DNA from: Eledone cirrhosa
Lineage: Eukaryota
Reading direction: 5' to 3'
DNA: 64,000 bases
Assembly (NCBI GenBank): GCA_964016885.1
Contig: OZ024742.1
Span: 164,672,001-164,736,000, forward strand
The notes beneath the pieces are model-generated. The model was not told where the DNA came from, did not search any database, and worked only from the letters and a program-made list of their open reading frames with translations. Position numbers and translations under genes: made by a program. This document shows, one piece after another, positions 37,061 to 49,520 of the stretch. Numbering within the stretch: the first letter of the stretch is position 1; each line of letters starts with the position of its first letter.

Positions 37061-40000
37061 CCCTGATTTTTTTTTACAAATTATCTCACCCTGATTTTTT
37101 TTACAAATTATCTCTCCCTGATTTTTTTACAAATTATCTCCCCTTGGCTGGCTGGAAATTATCTCCCCTTGGAGGCTGGAATTTATCTCCCCTTGGACGG
37201 CTAGAAATTACCTCTCCTTGGACGGCTGGAAAATATGTCTCCTTGGACGGCTGGATATTATCTACCCTTGGACGGCTGGAAATTATCTCCCCTTGGACGG
37301 CTGGAAATTATCTCCTCTTGGACGGCTAGATATTACCTCCCCTTGGACGGCTGGAAATTATCTCCCCTTGATTTTTTTACAAATTATCTCCCCCTGATTT
37401 TTTTACAAATTATCTCCCCCTGATTTTTTTACAAATTATCTCCGCCTAATTTTTTTAAATATTATCTTCCCTTGGCTGGCGGGAAATTATCTCCCCTTGG
37501 ACGGCTGAAAATTATCTCCCCTTGGACGGCTGGAAATTATCTCCCCTTGATTTTTTTTACAAATTATCTCCCCCTGATTTTTTTTTACAAATTATCTCCC
37601 CCTGATTTTTTTTACAAATTATCTCCCCCTGATTTTTTTACAAATTATCTCCCCTTGGCTGGCTGGAAATTATCTCCCCTTGGAGGCTGGAATTTATCTC
37701 CCCTTGGACGGCTAGAAATTACCTCTCCTTGGAAGGCTGGAAAATATGTCCTTGGACGGCTGGATATTATCTACCCTTGGACGGCTGGAAATTATCTCCC
37801 CTTGGACGGCTGGAAATTATCTCCCCTTGGACGGCTAGATATTACCTCCCCTTGGACGGCTGAAAATTATCTCCCCTTGGACGGCTGGAAATTATCTCCC
37901 CTTGATTTTTTTTTACAAATTATCTCCCCCTGATTATTTTTTACAAATTATCCCCTGATTTTTTTTTTACAAATTATCTCCCCCTGATTTTTTTTACAAA
38001 TTATCTCCCCCTGATTTTTTTACAAATTATCTCCCCTTGGCTGGCTGGAAATTATCTCCCATTGGAGGCTGGAATTTATCTCCCCTTGGACGGTTAGAAA
38101 TTACCTCCCCTTGGACGGCTGGAAAATATGTCTCCTTGGACGGCTGGAAATTATCGCGCCTTGGACGGCTGGAAATTATCTCCCCTTGGACGGCTGGAAA
38201 TTATCTCTCATCGGATGGCTAGAAATTACCTCTCCTTGGACAGCTGAAAATTATCTCCCCTTGGACGGCTGGAAATTATCTCCCCTTGATTTTTTTTACA
38301 AATTATCTCCCCCTGATTTTTTTTTACAAATTATCTCCCCCTGATTTTTTTTTACAAATTATCTCCCCCTGATTTTTTTTTACAAATTATCTCCCCCTGA
38401 TATTTTTTACAAATTATCTCCCCCTGATTTTTTTACAAATTATCTCCCCTTGGCTGGCTGGAAATTATCTCCCCTTGGAGGCTGGAATTTATCTCCCCTT
38501 GGACGGCTAGAAATTACCTCGCCTTGGACGGCTGGAAAATATGTCTCCTTGGACGGCTGGAAATTATCTCCCCTTGGACGGCTGGAAATTATCTCCCCTT
38601 GGACAGCTGGAAATTATCTCCCCTTGGACGGCTAGATATTACCTCCCCTTGGACGGCTGGAAATTATCTCCCCTTGATTTTTTTTACAAATTATCTCCCC
38701 CTGATTTTTTTTTACAAATTATCTCCCCCTGATTTTTTTTACGAATTATCTCCCCCCGATTTTTTTTTACAAATTATCTCCGCCTGATTTTTTTTTAAAA
38801 ATTATCTCCCCTTGAACGGCTGGAAATTATCTCCCCTTGGACGGCTGGAAATTATCTCCCCTTGGACGGCTAGAAATTACCTCTCCTTGGACGGCTGAAA
38901 ATTATCTCCCCTTGGACGGCTGCAAATTATCTCCCCTTGATTTTTTAACAAATTATCTCCCCCTGATTTTTTTTTACAAATTATCTCCCCCTGATTTTTT
39001 TTTACAAATTATCTCCCCCTGATTTTTTTTTACAAATTATCTCCCCCTGATTTTTTTACAAATTATCTCCCCCTGATTTTTTTTACAATCTCCGCCTGAT
39101 TTTTTAAAAAATTATCTTCCCTTGGCTGGCGGGAAATTATCTCCCCTTGGACGGCTGGAAATTATCTCCCCTTGGACGGCTGGAAATTATCTCCCCTTGG
39201 ACAGCTGGAAATTATCTGCCCTTGATTTTGTTTTTACAAATTATCTCCCCCTGATTTTTTTTACAAATTATCTCCACCTGATTTTTTAAAAAATTATCTC
39301 CCCTTGGACGGCTGGAAATTATCTCCCCTTGATTTTTTTACAAATTATCTCCCCCTGATTTTTTTTACAAATTATCTCCCCCTGATTTTATGTTACAAAT
39401 TATCTCCCCCTGATTTTTTTACAAATTATCTCCCCCTGATTTTTTTTACAAATTATCTCCGCCTGATTTTTTTAAATATTATCTTCCCTTGGCTGGCGGG
39501 AAATTATCTCCCCTTGGACGGCTGGAAATTATCTCCCCTTGATTTTTTTTACAAATTATCTCCCCCTGATTTTTTTTTACAAATTATCTCCCCCTGATTT
39601 TTTTTTACAAATTATCTCCCCCTGATTTTTTTTTACAAATTATCTCCCCCTGATTTTTTTTTACAAATCTCCCCCTGATTTTTTTATAAATTATCTCCCC
39701 TTGGCTGGCTGGAAATTATCTCCCCTTGGAGGCTGGAATTTATCTCCCCTTGGACGGCTAGAAATTACCTCTCCTTGGATGGCTGGAAAATATGTCTCCT
39801 TGGACGGCTGGATATTATCTACCCTTGGACGGCTGGAAATTATCTCCCCTTGGACGGCTGGAAATTATCTCCCCTTGGACGGCTAGATATTACCTCCCAT
39901 TGGACGGCTGGAAATTATCTCCCCTTGATTTTTTTTACAAATTATCTCCCCCTGATTTTTTTTTACGAATTATCTCCCCCTGATTTTTTTTTACAAATTA

Positions 40001-43000
40001 TCTCCGCCTGATTTTTTTTTTAAAATTATCTCCCCTTGAACGGCTGGAAATTATCTCCCCTTGGACGGCTGGAAATTATCTCCCCTTGGACGGCTAGAAA
40101 TTACCTCTCCTTGGACGGCTGAAAATTATCTCCCCTTGGACGGCTGCAAATTATCTCCCCTTGATTTTTTTAACAAATTATCTCCCCCTGATTTTTTTTT
40201 ACAAATTATCTCCCCCTGATTTTTTTTTACAAATTATCTACGCCTAATTTTTTTTACAAATTATCTCCCCCTGATTTTTTTTTACAAATTATCTCCCCCT
40301 GATTTTTTTTACAAATTATCTCCCCCTGATTTTTTTTACAAATTATCTCCCCCTGATTTTTTTACAAATTATCTCCCCCCTGATTTTTTTTACAATCTCC
40401 GCCTGATTTTTTTAAAAATTATCTTCCCTTGGCTGGCGGGAAATTATCTCCCCTTGGACGGCTGGAAATTATATCCCCTTGGAAGGATGGAAATTATCTC
40501 CCCTTGGACGGCTGGAAATTATCTCCCCTTGGACGGCTGGAAATTACCTCCCCTTGGACAGCTGGAAATTATCTGCCCTTGATTTTGTTTTTACAAATTA
40601 TCTCCCCCTGATTTTTTTTACAAATTATCTCCACCTGATTTTTTAAAAAATTATCTCCCCTTGGACGGCTGGAAATTATCTCCCCTTGGACGGCTGGAAA
40701 TTATCTCCCCTTGATTTTTTTTACAAATTATCTCCCCCTGATTTTTTTTTACAAATTATCTCCCCCTGATTTTTTTTACAAATTATCTCCCCCTGATTTT
40801 TTTTTACAAATTATTTCCCCCTGATTTTTTTACAAATTATCTCCCCCCTGATTTTTTTTACAATCTCCGCCTGATTTTTTTAAAAATTATCTTCCCTTGG
40901 CTGGCGGGAAATTATCTCCCCTTGGACGGCTGGAAATTATATCCCCTTGGAAGGATGGAAATTATCTCCCCTTGGACGGCTGGAAATTATCTCCCCTTGG
41001 ACGGCTGGAAATTATCTCCCCTTGGACAGCTGGAAATTATCTGCCCTTGATTTTGTTTTTACAAATTATCTCCCCCTGATTTTTTTTACAAATTATCTCC
41101 ACCTGATTTTTTAAAAAATTATCTCCCCTTGGACGGCTGGAAATTATCTCCCCTTGATTTTTTTTACAAATTATCTCCCCCTGATTTTTTTTTACAAATT
41201 ATCTCCCCCTGATTTTTTTTTACAAATTATCTCCCCCTGATTTTTTTTTACAAATTATCTCACCCTGATTTTTTTTACAAATTATCTCTCCCTGATTTTT
41301 TTACAAATTATCTCCCCTTGGCTGGCTGGAAATTATCTCCCCTTGGAGGCTGGAATTTATCTCCCCTTGGACGGCTAGAAATTACCTCTCCTTGGACGGC
41401 TGGAAAATATGTCTCCTTGGACGGCTGGATATTATCTACCCTTGGACGGCTGGAAATTATCTCCCCTTGGACGGCTGGAAATTATCTCCTCTTGGACGGC
41501 TAGATATTACCTCCCCTTGGACGGCTGGAAATTATCTCCCCTTGATTTTTTTACAAATTATCTCCCCCTGATTTTTTTACAAATTATCTCCCCCTGATTT
41601 TTTTTACAAATTATCTCCGCCTAATTTTTTTAAATATTATCTTCCCTTGGCTGGCGGGAAATTATCTCCCCTTGGACGGCTGAAAATTATCTCCCCTTGG
41701 ACGGCTGGAAATTATCTCCCCTTGATTTTTTTTACAAATTATCTCCCCCTGATTTTTTTTTACAAATTATCTCCCCCTGATTTTTTTTACAAATTATCTC
41801 CTCCTGATTTTTTTACAAATTATCTCCCCTTGGCTGGCTGGAAATTATCTCCCCTTGGAGGCTGGAATTTATCTCCCCTTGGACGGCTAGAAATTACCTC
41901 TCCTTGGAAGGCTGGAAAATATGTCCTTGGACGGCTGGATATTATCTACCCTTGGACGGCTGGAAATTATCTCCCCTTGGACGGCTGGAAATTATCTCCC
42001 CTTGGACGGCTAGATATTACCTCCCCTTGGACGGCTGAAAATTATCTCCCCTTGGACGGCTGGAAATTATCTCCCCTTGATTTTTTTTACAAATTATCTC
42101 CCCCTGATTATTTTTTACAAATTATCCCCTGATTTTTTTTTTACAAATTATCTCCCCCTGATTTTTTTTACAAATTATCTCCCCCTGATTTTTTTACAAA
42201 TTATCTCCCCTTGGCTGGCTGGAAATTATCTCCCATTGGAGGCTGGAATTTATCTCCCCTTGGACGGTTAGAAATTACCTCCCCTTGGACGGCTGGAAAA
42301 TATGTCTCCTTGGACGGCTGGAAATTATCGCCCCTTGGACGGCTGGAAATTATCTCCCCTTGGACGGCTGGAAATTATCTCTCATCGGACGGCTAGAAAT
42401 TACCTCTCCTTGGACAGCTGAAAATTATCTCCCCTTGGACGGCTGGAAATTATCTCCCCTTGATTTTTTTTACAAATTATCTCCCCCTGATTTTTTTTTA
42501 CAAATTATCTCCCCCTGATTTTTTTTTACAAATTATCTCCCCCTGATTTTTTTTTACAAATTATCTCCCCCTGATATTTTTTACAAATTATCTCCCCCTG
42601 ATTTTTTTACAAATTATCTCCCCTTGGCTGGCTGGAAATTATCTCCCCTTGGAGGCTGGAATTTATCTCCCCTTGGACGGCTAGAAATTACCTCGCCTTG
42701 GACGGCTGGAAAATATGTCTCCTTGGACGGCTGGAAATTATCTCCCCTTGGACGGCTGGAAATTATCTCCCCTTGGACAGCTGGAAATTATCTCCCCTTG
42801 GACGGCTAGATATTACCTCCCCTTGGACGGCTGGAAATTATCTCCCCTTGATTTTTTTTACAAATTATCTCCCCCTGATTTTTTTTTACAAATTATCTCC
42901 CCCTGATTTTTTTTTACGAATTATCTCCCCCCGATTTTTTTTTACAAATTATCTCCGGCTGATTTTTTTTTAAAAATTATCTCCCCTTGAACGGCTGGAA

Positions 43001-44400
43001 ATTATCTCCCCTTGGACGGCTGGAAATTATCTCCCCTTGGACGGCTAGAAATTACCTCTCCTTGGACGGCTGAAAATTATCTCCCCTTGGACGGCTGCAA
43101 ATTATCTCCCCTTGATTTTTTAACAAATTATCTCCCCCTGATTTTTTTTTACAAATTATCTCCCCCTGATTTTTTTTTACAAATTATCTCCCCCTGATTT
43201 TTTTTTACAAATTATCTCCCCCTGATTTTTTTACAAATTATCTCCCCCTGATTTTTTTTACAATCTCCGCCTGATTTTTTAAAAAATTATCTTCCCTTGG
43301 CTGGCGGGAAATTATCTCCCCTTGGACGGCTGGAAATTATCTCCCCTTGGACGGCTGGAAATTATCTCCCCTTGGACAGCTGGAAATTATCTGCCCTTGA
43401 TTTTGTTTTTACAAATTATCTCCCCCTGATTTTTTTTACAAATTATCTCCACCTGATTTTTTAAAAAATTATCTCCCCTTGGACGGCTGGAAATTATCTC
43501 CCCTTGATTTTTTTACAAATTATCTCCCCCTGATTTTTTTTACAAATTATCTCCCCCTGATTTTATGTTACAAATTATCTCCCCCTGATTTTTTTACAAA
43601 TTATCTCCCCCTGATTTTTTTTACAAATTATCTCCGCCTGATTTTTTTAAATATTATCTTCCCTTGGCTGGCGGGAAATTATCTCCCCTTGGACGGCTGG
43701 AAATTATCTCCCCTTGATTTTTTTTACAAATTATCTCCCCCTGATTTTTTTTTACAAATTATCTCCCCCTGATTTTTTTTTACAAATTATCTCCCCCTGA
43801 TTTTTTTTTACAAATCTCCCCCTGATTTTTTTATAAATTATCTCCCCTTGGCTGGCTGGAAATTATCTCCCCTTGGAGGCTGGAATTTATCTCCCCTTGG
43901 ACGGCTAGAAATTACCTCTCCTTGGATGGCTGGAAAATATGTCTCCTTGGACGGCTGGATATTATCTACCCTTGGACGGCTGGAAATTATCTCCCCTTGG
44001 ACGGCTGGAAATTATCTCCCCTTGGACGGCTAGATATTACCTCCCATTGGACGGCTGGAAATTATCTCCCCTTGATTTTTTTTACAAATTATCTCCCCCT
44101 GATTTTTTTTTACGAATTATCTCCGCCTGATTTTTTTTTTAAAATTATCTCCCCTTGAACGGCTGGAAATTATCTCCCCTTGGACGGCTGGAAATTATCT
44201 CCCCTTGGACGGCTAGAAATTACCTCTCCTTGGACGGCTGAAAATTATCTCCCCTTGGACGGCTGCAAATTATCTCCCCTTGATTTTTTTAACAAATTAT
44301 CTCCCCCTGATTTTTTTTTACAAATTATCTCCCCCTGATTTTTTTTACAAATTATCTACGCCTAATTTTTTTTACAAATTATCTCCCCCTGATTTTTTTT
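36550..44400 (+). repeat. About two adjacent copies of the ~4.17 kb higher-order repeat; 38300-44400 also matches ~7050-13000 (offset 31,254-31,441)
   Basis: Landmarks 36723/40897, 37144/41318, 38037/42211, 38450/42624 and 39304/43479 (4174-4175). Also 7196/38450, 8049/39304, 9174/40429 and 10063/41318. Confidence 0.88.
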
Positions 44401-47400
44401 TACAAATTATCTCCCCCTGATTTTTTTTACAAATTATCTCCCCTTGGCTGGCTGGAAATTATCTCCCCTTGGAGGCTGGAATTTATCTCCCCTTGGACGG
44501 TTAGAAATTACCTCTCCTTGGACTGCTGGAAAATATGTCTCCTTGGACGGCTGGAAATTATCTCCCCTTGGACGGCTGGAAATTATCTCCCCTTGGACGG
44601 CTGGAAATTATCTCTCCTCGGACGACTAGAAATTACCTCTCCTTGGACAGCTGAAAATTATCTCCCCTTGGACGGCTGGAAATTATCTCCCCTTGATTTT
44701 TTTTACAAATTATCTCCCCCTGATTTATTTTACAAATTATCTCCCCCTGATTTTTTTTTACAAATTATCTCCCCCTGATTTTTTTTACAAATTATCTCCC
44801 CCTGATATTTTTTACAAATTATCTCCCCCTGATTTTTTTACAAATTATCTCCCCTTGGCTGGCTGGAAATTATCTACCCTTGGAGGCTGGAATTTATCTC
44901 CCCTTGGACGGCTAGAAATTACCTCGCCTTGGACGGCTGGAAAATATGTCTCCTTGGACGGCTGGAAATTATCTCCCCTTGGACGGCTGGAAATTATCTC
45001 CCCTTGGACGGCTGGAAATTATCTCCCCTTGGACGGCTAGATATTACCTCCCCTTGGACGGCTGGAAATTATCTCCCCTTGATTTTTTTTACAAATTATC
45101 TCCCCCTGATTTTTTTTTACAAATTATCACCCCCTGATTTTTTTTTACGAAGTATCTCCCCCTGATTTTTTTTTACAAATTATCTCCGCCTGATTTTTTT
45201 TTAAAAATTATCTCCCCTTGAACGGCTGGAAATTATCTCCCCTTGGACGGCTGGAAATTATCTCCCCTTGGACGGCTAGAAATTACCTCTCCTTGGACGG
45301 CTGAAAATTATCTCCCATTGGACGGCTGCAAATTATCTCCCCTTGATTTTTTAACAAATTATCTCCCCCTGATTTTTTTTTACAAATTATCTCCCCCTGA
45401 TTTTTTTTTACAAATTATCTACGCCTAATTTTTTTTACAAATTATCTCCCCCTGATTTTTTTTTACAAATTATCTCCCCCTGATTTTTTTTACAAATTAT
45501 CTCCCCCTGATTTTTTTTTACAAATTATTTCCCCCTGATTTTTTTACAAATTATCTCCCCCCTGATTTTTTTTACAATCTCCGCCTGATTTTTTTAAAAA
45601 TTATCTTCCCTTGGCTGGCGGGAAATTATCTCCCCTTGGACGGCTGGAAATTATATCCCCTTGGAAGGATGGAAATTATCTCCCCTTGGACGGCTGGAAA
45701 TTATCTCCCCTTGGACGGCTGGAAATTATCTCCCCTTGGACGGCTGGAAATTATCTCCCCTTGGACAGCTGGAAATTATCTGTCCTTGATTTTGTTTTTA
45801 CAAATTATCTCCCCCTGATTTTTTTTACAAATTATCTCCACCTGATTTTTTAAAAAATTATCTCCCCTTGGACGGCTGGAAATTATCTCCCCTTGATTTT
45901 TTTTACAAATTATCTCCCCCTGATTTTTTTTTACAAATTATCTCCCCCTGATTTTTTTTTACAAATTATCTCCCCCTGATTTTTTTTTACAAATTCTCTC
46001 ACCCTGATTTTTTTTACAAATTATCTCTCCCTGATTTTTTTACAAATTATCTCCCCTTGGCTGGCTGGAAATTATCTCCCCTTGGAGGCTGGAATTTATC
46101 TCCCCTTGGACGGCTAGAAATTACCTCTCCTTGGACGGCTGGAAAATATGTCTCCTTGGACGGCTGGATATTATCTACCCTTGGACGGCTGGAAATTATC
46201 TCCCCTTGGACGGCTGGAAATTATCTCCTCTTGGACGGCTAGATATTACCTCCCCTTGGACGGCTGGAAATTATCTCCCCTTGATTTTTTTACAAATTAT
46301 CTCCCCCTGATTTTTTTACAAATTATCTCCCCCTGATTTTTTTTACAAATTATCTCCGCCTAATTTTTTTAAATATTATCTTCCCTTGGCTGGCGGGAAA
46401 TTATCTCCCCTTGGACGGCTGAAAATTATCTCCCCTTGGACGGCTGGAAATTATCTCCCCTTGATTTTTTTTACAAATTATCTCCCCCTGATTTTTTTTT
46501 ACAAATTATCTCCCCCTGATTTTTTTTACAAATTATCTCCCCCTGATTTTTTTACAAATTATCTCCCCTTGGCTGGCTGGAAATTATCTCCCCTTGGAGG
46601 CTGGAATTTATCTCCCCTTGGACGGCTAGAAATTACCTCTCCTTGGAAGGCTGGAAAATATGTCCTTGGACGGCTGGATATTATCTACCCTTGGACGGCT
46701 GGAAATTATCTCCCCTTGGACGGCTGGAAATTATCTCCCCTTGGACGGCTAGATATTACCTCCCCTTGTACGGCTGAAAATTATCTCCCCTTGGACGGCT
46801 GGAAATTATCTCCCCTTGATTTTTTTTACAAATTATCTCCCCCTGATTATTTTTTACAAATTATCCCCTGATTTTTTTTTTACAAATTATCTCCCCCTGA
46901 TTTTTTTTACAAATTATCTCCCCCTGATTTTATGTTACAAATTATCTCCCCCTGATTTTTTTACAAATTATCTCCCCCTGATTTTTTTTACAAATTATCT
47001 CCGCCTGATTTTTTTAAATATTATCTTCCCTTGGCTGGCGGGAAATTATCTCCCCTTGGACGGCTGGAAATTATCTCCCCTTGATTTTTTTTACAAATTA
47101 TCTCCCCCTGATTTTTTTTTACAAATTATCTCCCCCTGATTTTTTTTTACAAATTATCTCCCCCTGATTTTTTTTTACAAATCTCCCCCTGATTTTTTTA
47201 TAAATTATCTCCCCTTGGCTGGCTGGAAATTATCTCCCCTTGGAGGCTGGAATTTATCTCCCCTTGGACGGCTAGAAATTACCTCTCCTTGGATGGCTGG
47301 AAAATATGTCTCCTTGGACGGCTGGATATTATCTACCCTTGGACGGCTGGAAATTATCTCCCCTTGGACGGCTGGAAATTATCTCCCCTTGGACGGCTAG

Positions 47401-49520
47401 ATATTACCTCCCATTGGACGGCTGGAAATTATCTCCCCTTGATTTTTTTTACAAATTATCTCCCCCTGATTTTTTTTTACGAATTATCTCCGCCTGATTT
47501 TTTTTTTAAAATTATCTCCCCTTGAACGGCTGGAAATTATCTCCCCTTGGACGGCTGGAAATTATCTCCCCTTGGACGGCTAGAAATTACCTCTCCTTGG
47601 ACGGCTGAAAATTATCTCCCCTTGGACGGCTGCAAATTATCTCCCCTTGATTTTTTTAACAAATTATCTCCCCCTGATTTTTTTTTACAAATTATCTCCC
47701 CCTGATTTTTTTTACAAATTATCTACGCCTAATTTTTTTTACAAATTATCTCCCCCTGATTTTTTTTTACAAATTATCTCCCCCTGATTTTTTTTACAAA
47801 TTATCTCCCCTTGGCTGGCTGGAAATTATCTCCCCTTGGAGGCTGGAATTTATCTCCCCTTGGACGGTTAGAAATTACCTCTCCTTGGACTGCTGGAAAA
47901 TATGTCTCCTTGGACGGCTGGAAATTATCTCCCCTTGGACGGCTGGAAATTATCTCCCCTTGGACGGCTGGAAATTATCTCTCCTCGGACGACTAGAAAT
48001 TACCTCTCCTTGGACAGCTGAAAATTATCTCCCCTTGGACGGCTGGAAATTATCTCCCCTTGATTTTTTTTACAAATTATCTCCCCCTGATTTATTTTAC
48101 AAATTATCTCCCCCTGATTTTTTTTTACAAATTATCTCCCCCTGATTTTTTTTACAAATTATCTCCCCCTGATATTTTTTACAAATTATCTCCCCCTGAT
48201 TTTTTTACAAATTATCTCCCCTTGGCTGGCTGGAAATTATCTACCCTTGGAGGCTGGAATTTATCTCCCCTTGGACGGCTAGAAATTACCTCGCCTTGGA
48301 CGGCTGGAAAATATGTCTCCTTGGACGGCTGGAAATTATCTCCCCTTGGACGGCTGGAAATTATCTCCCCTTGGACGGCTGGAAATTATCTCCCCTTGGA
48401 CGGCTAGATATTACCTCCCCTTGGACGGCTGGAAATTATCTCCCCTTGATTTTTTTTACAAATTATCTCCCCCTGATTTTTTTTTACAAATTATCACCCC
48501 CTGATTTTTTTTTACGAAGTATCTCCCCCTGATTTTTTTTTACAAATTATCTCCGCCTGATTTTTTTTTAAAAATTATCTCCCCTTGAACGGCTGGAAAT
48601 TATCTCCCCTTGGACGGCTGGAAATTATCTCCCCTTGGACGGCTAGAAATTACCTCTCCTTGGACGGCTGAAAATTATCTCCCATTGGACGGCTGCAAAT
48701 TATCTCCCCTTGATTTTTTAACAAATTATCTCCCCCTGATTTTTTTTTACAAATTATCTCCCCCTGATTTTTTTTTACAAATTATCTACGCCTAATTTTT
48801 TTTACAAATTATCTCCCCCTGATTTTTTTTTACAAATTATCTCCCCCTGATTTTTTTTACAAATTATCTCCCCCTGATTTTTTTTTACAAATTATTTCCC
48901 CCTGATTTTTTTACAAATTATCTCCCCCCTGATTTTTTTTACAATCTCCGCCTGATTTTTTTAAAAATTATCTTCCCTTGGCTGGCGGGAAATTATCTCC
49001 CCTTGGACGGCTGGAAATTATATCCCCTTGGAAGGATGGAAATTATCTCCCCTTGGACGGCTGGAAATTATCTCCCCTTGGACGGCTGGAAATTATCTCC
49101 CCTTGGACAGCTGGAAATTATCTGTCCTTGATTTTGTTTTTACAAATTATCTCCCCCTGATTTTTTTTACAAATTATCTCCACCTGATTTTTTAAAAAAT
49201 TATCTCCCCTTGGACGGCTGGAAATTATCTCCCCTTGATTTTTTTTACAAATTATCTCCCCCTGATTTTTTTTTACAAATTATCTCCCCCTGATTTTTTT
49301 TTACAAATTATCTCCCCCTGATTTTTTTTTACAAATTCTCTCACCCTGATTTTTTTTACAAATTATCTCTCCCTGATTTTTTTACAAATTATCTCCCCTT
49401 GGCTGGCTGGAAATTATCTCCCCTTGGAGGCTGGAATTTATCTCCCCTTGGACGGCTAGAAATTACCTCTCCTTGGACGGCTGGAAAATATGTCTCCTTG
49501 GACGGCTGGATATTATCTAC
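43530..49520 (+). repeat. Tandem duplication with ~3,367 bp period
   Basis: Landmarks 43848/47215, 44444/47811, 45243/48610 and 45611/48978. Confidence 0.87.
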
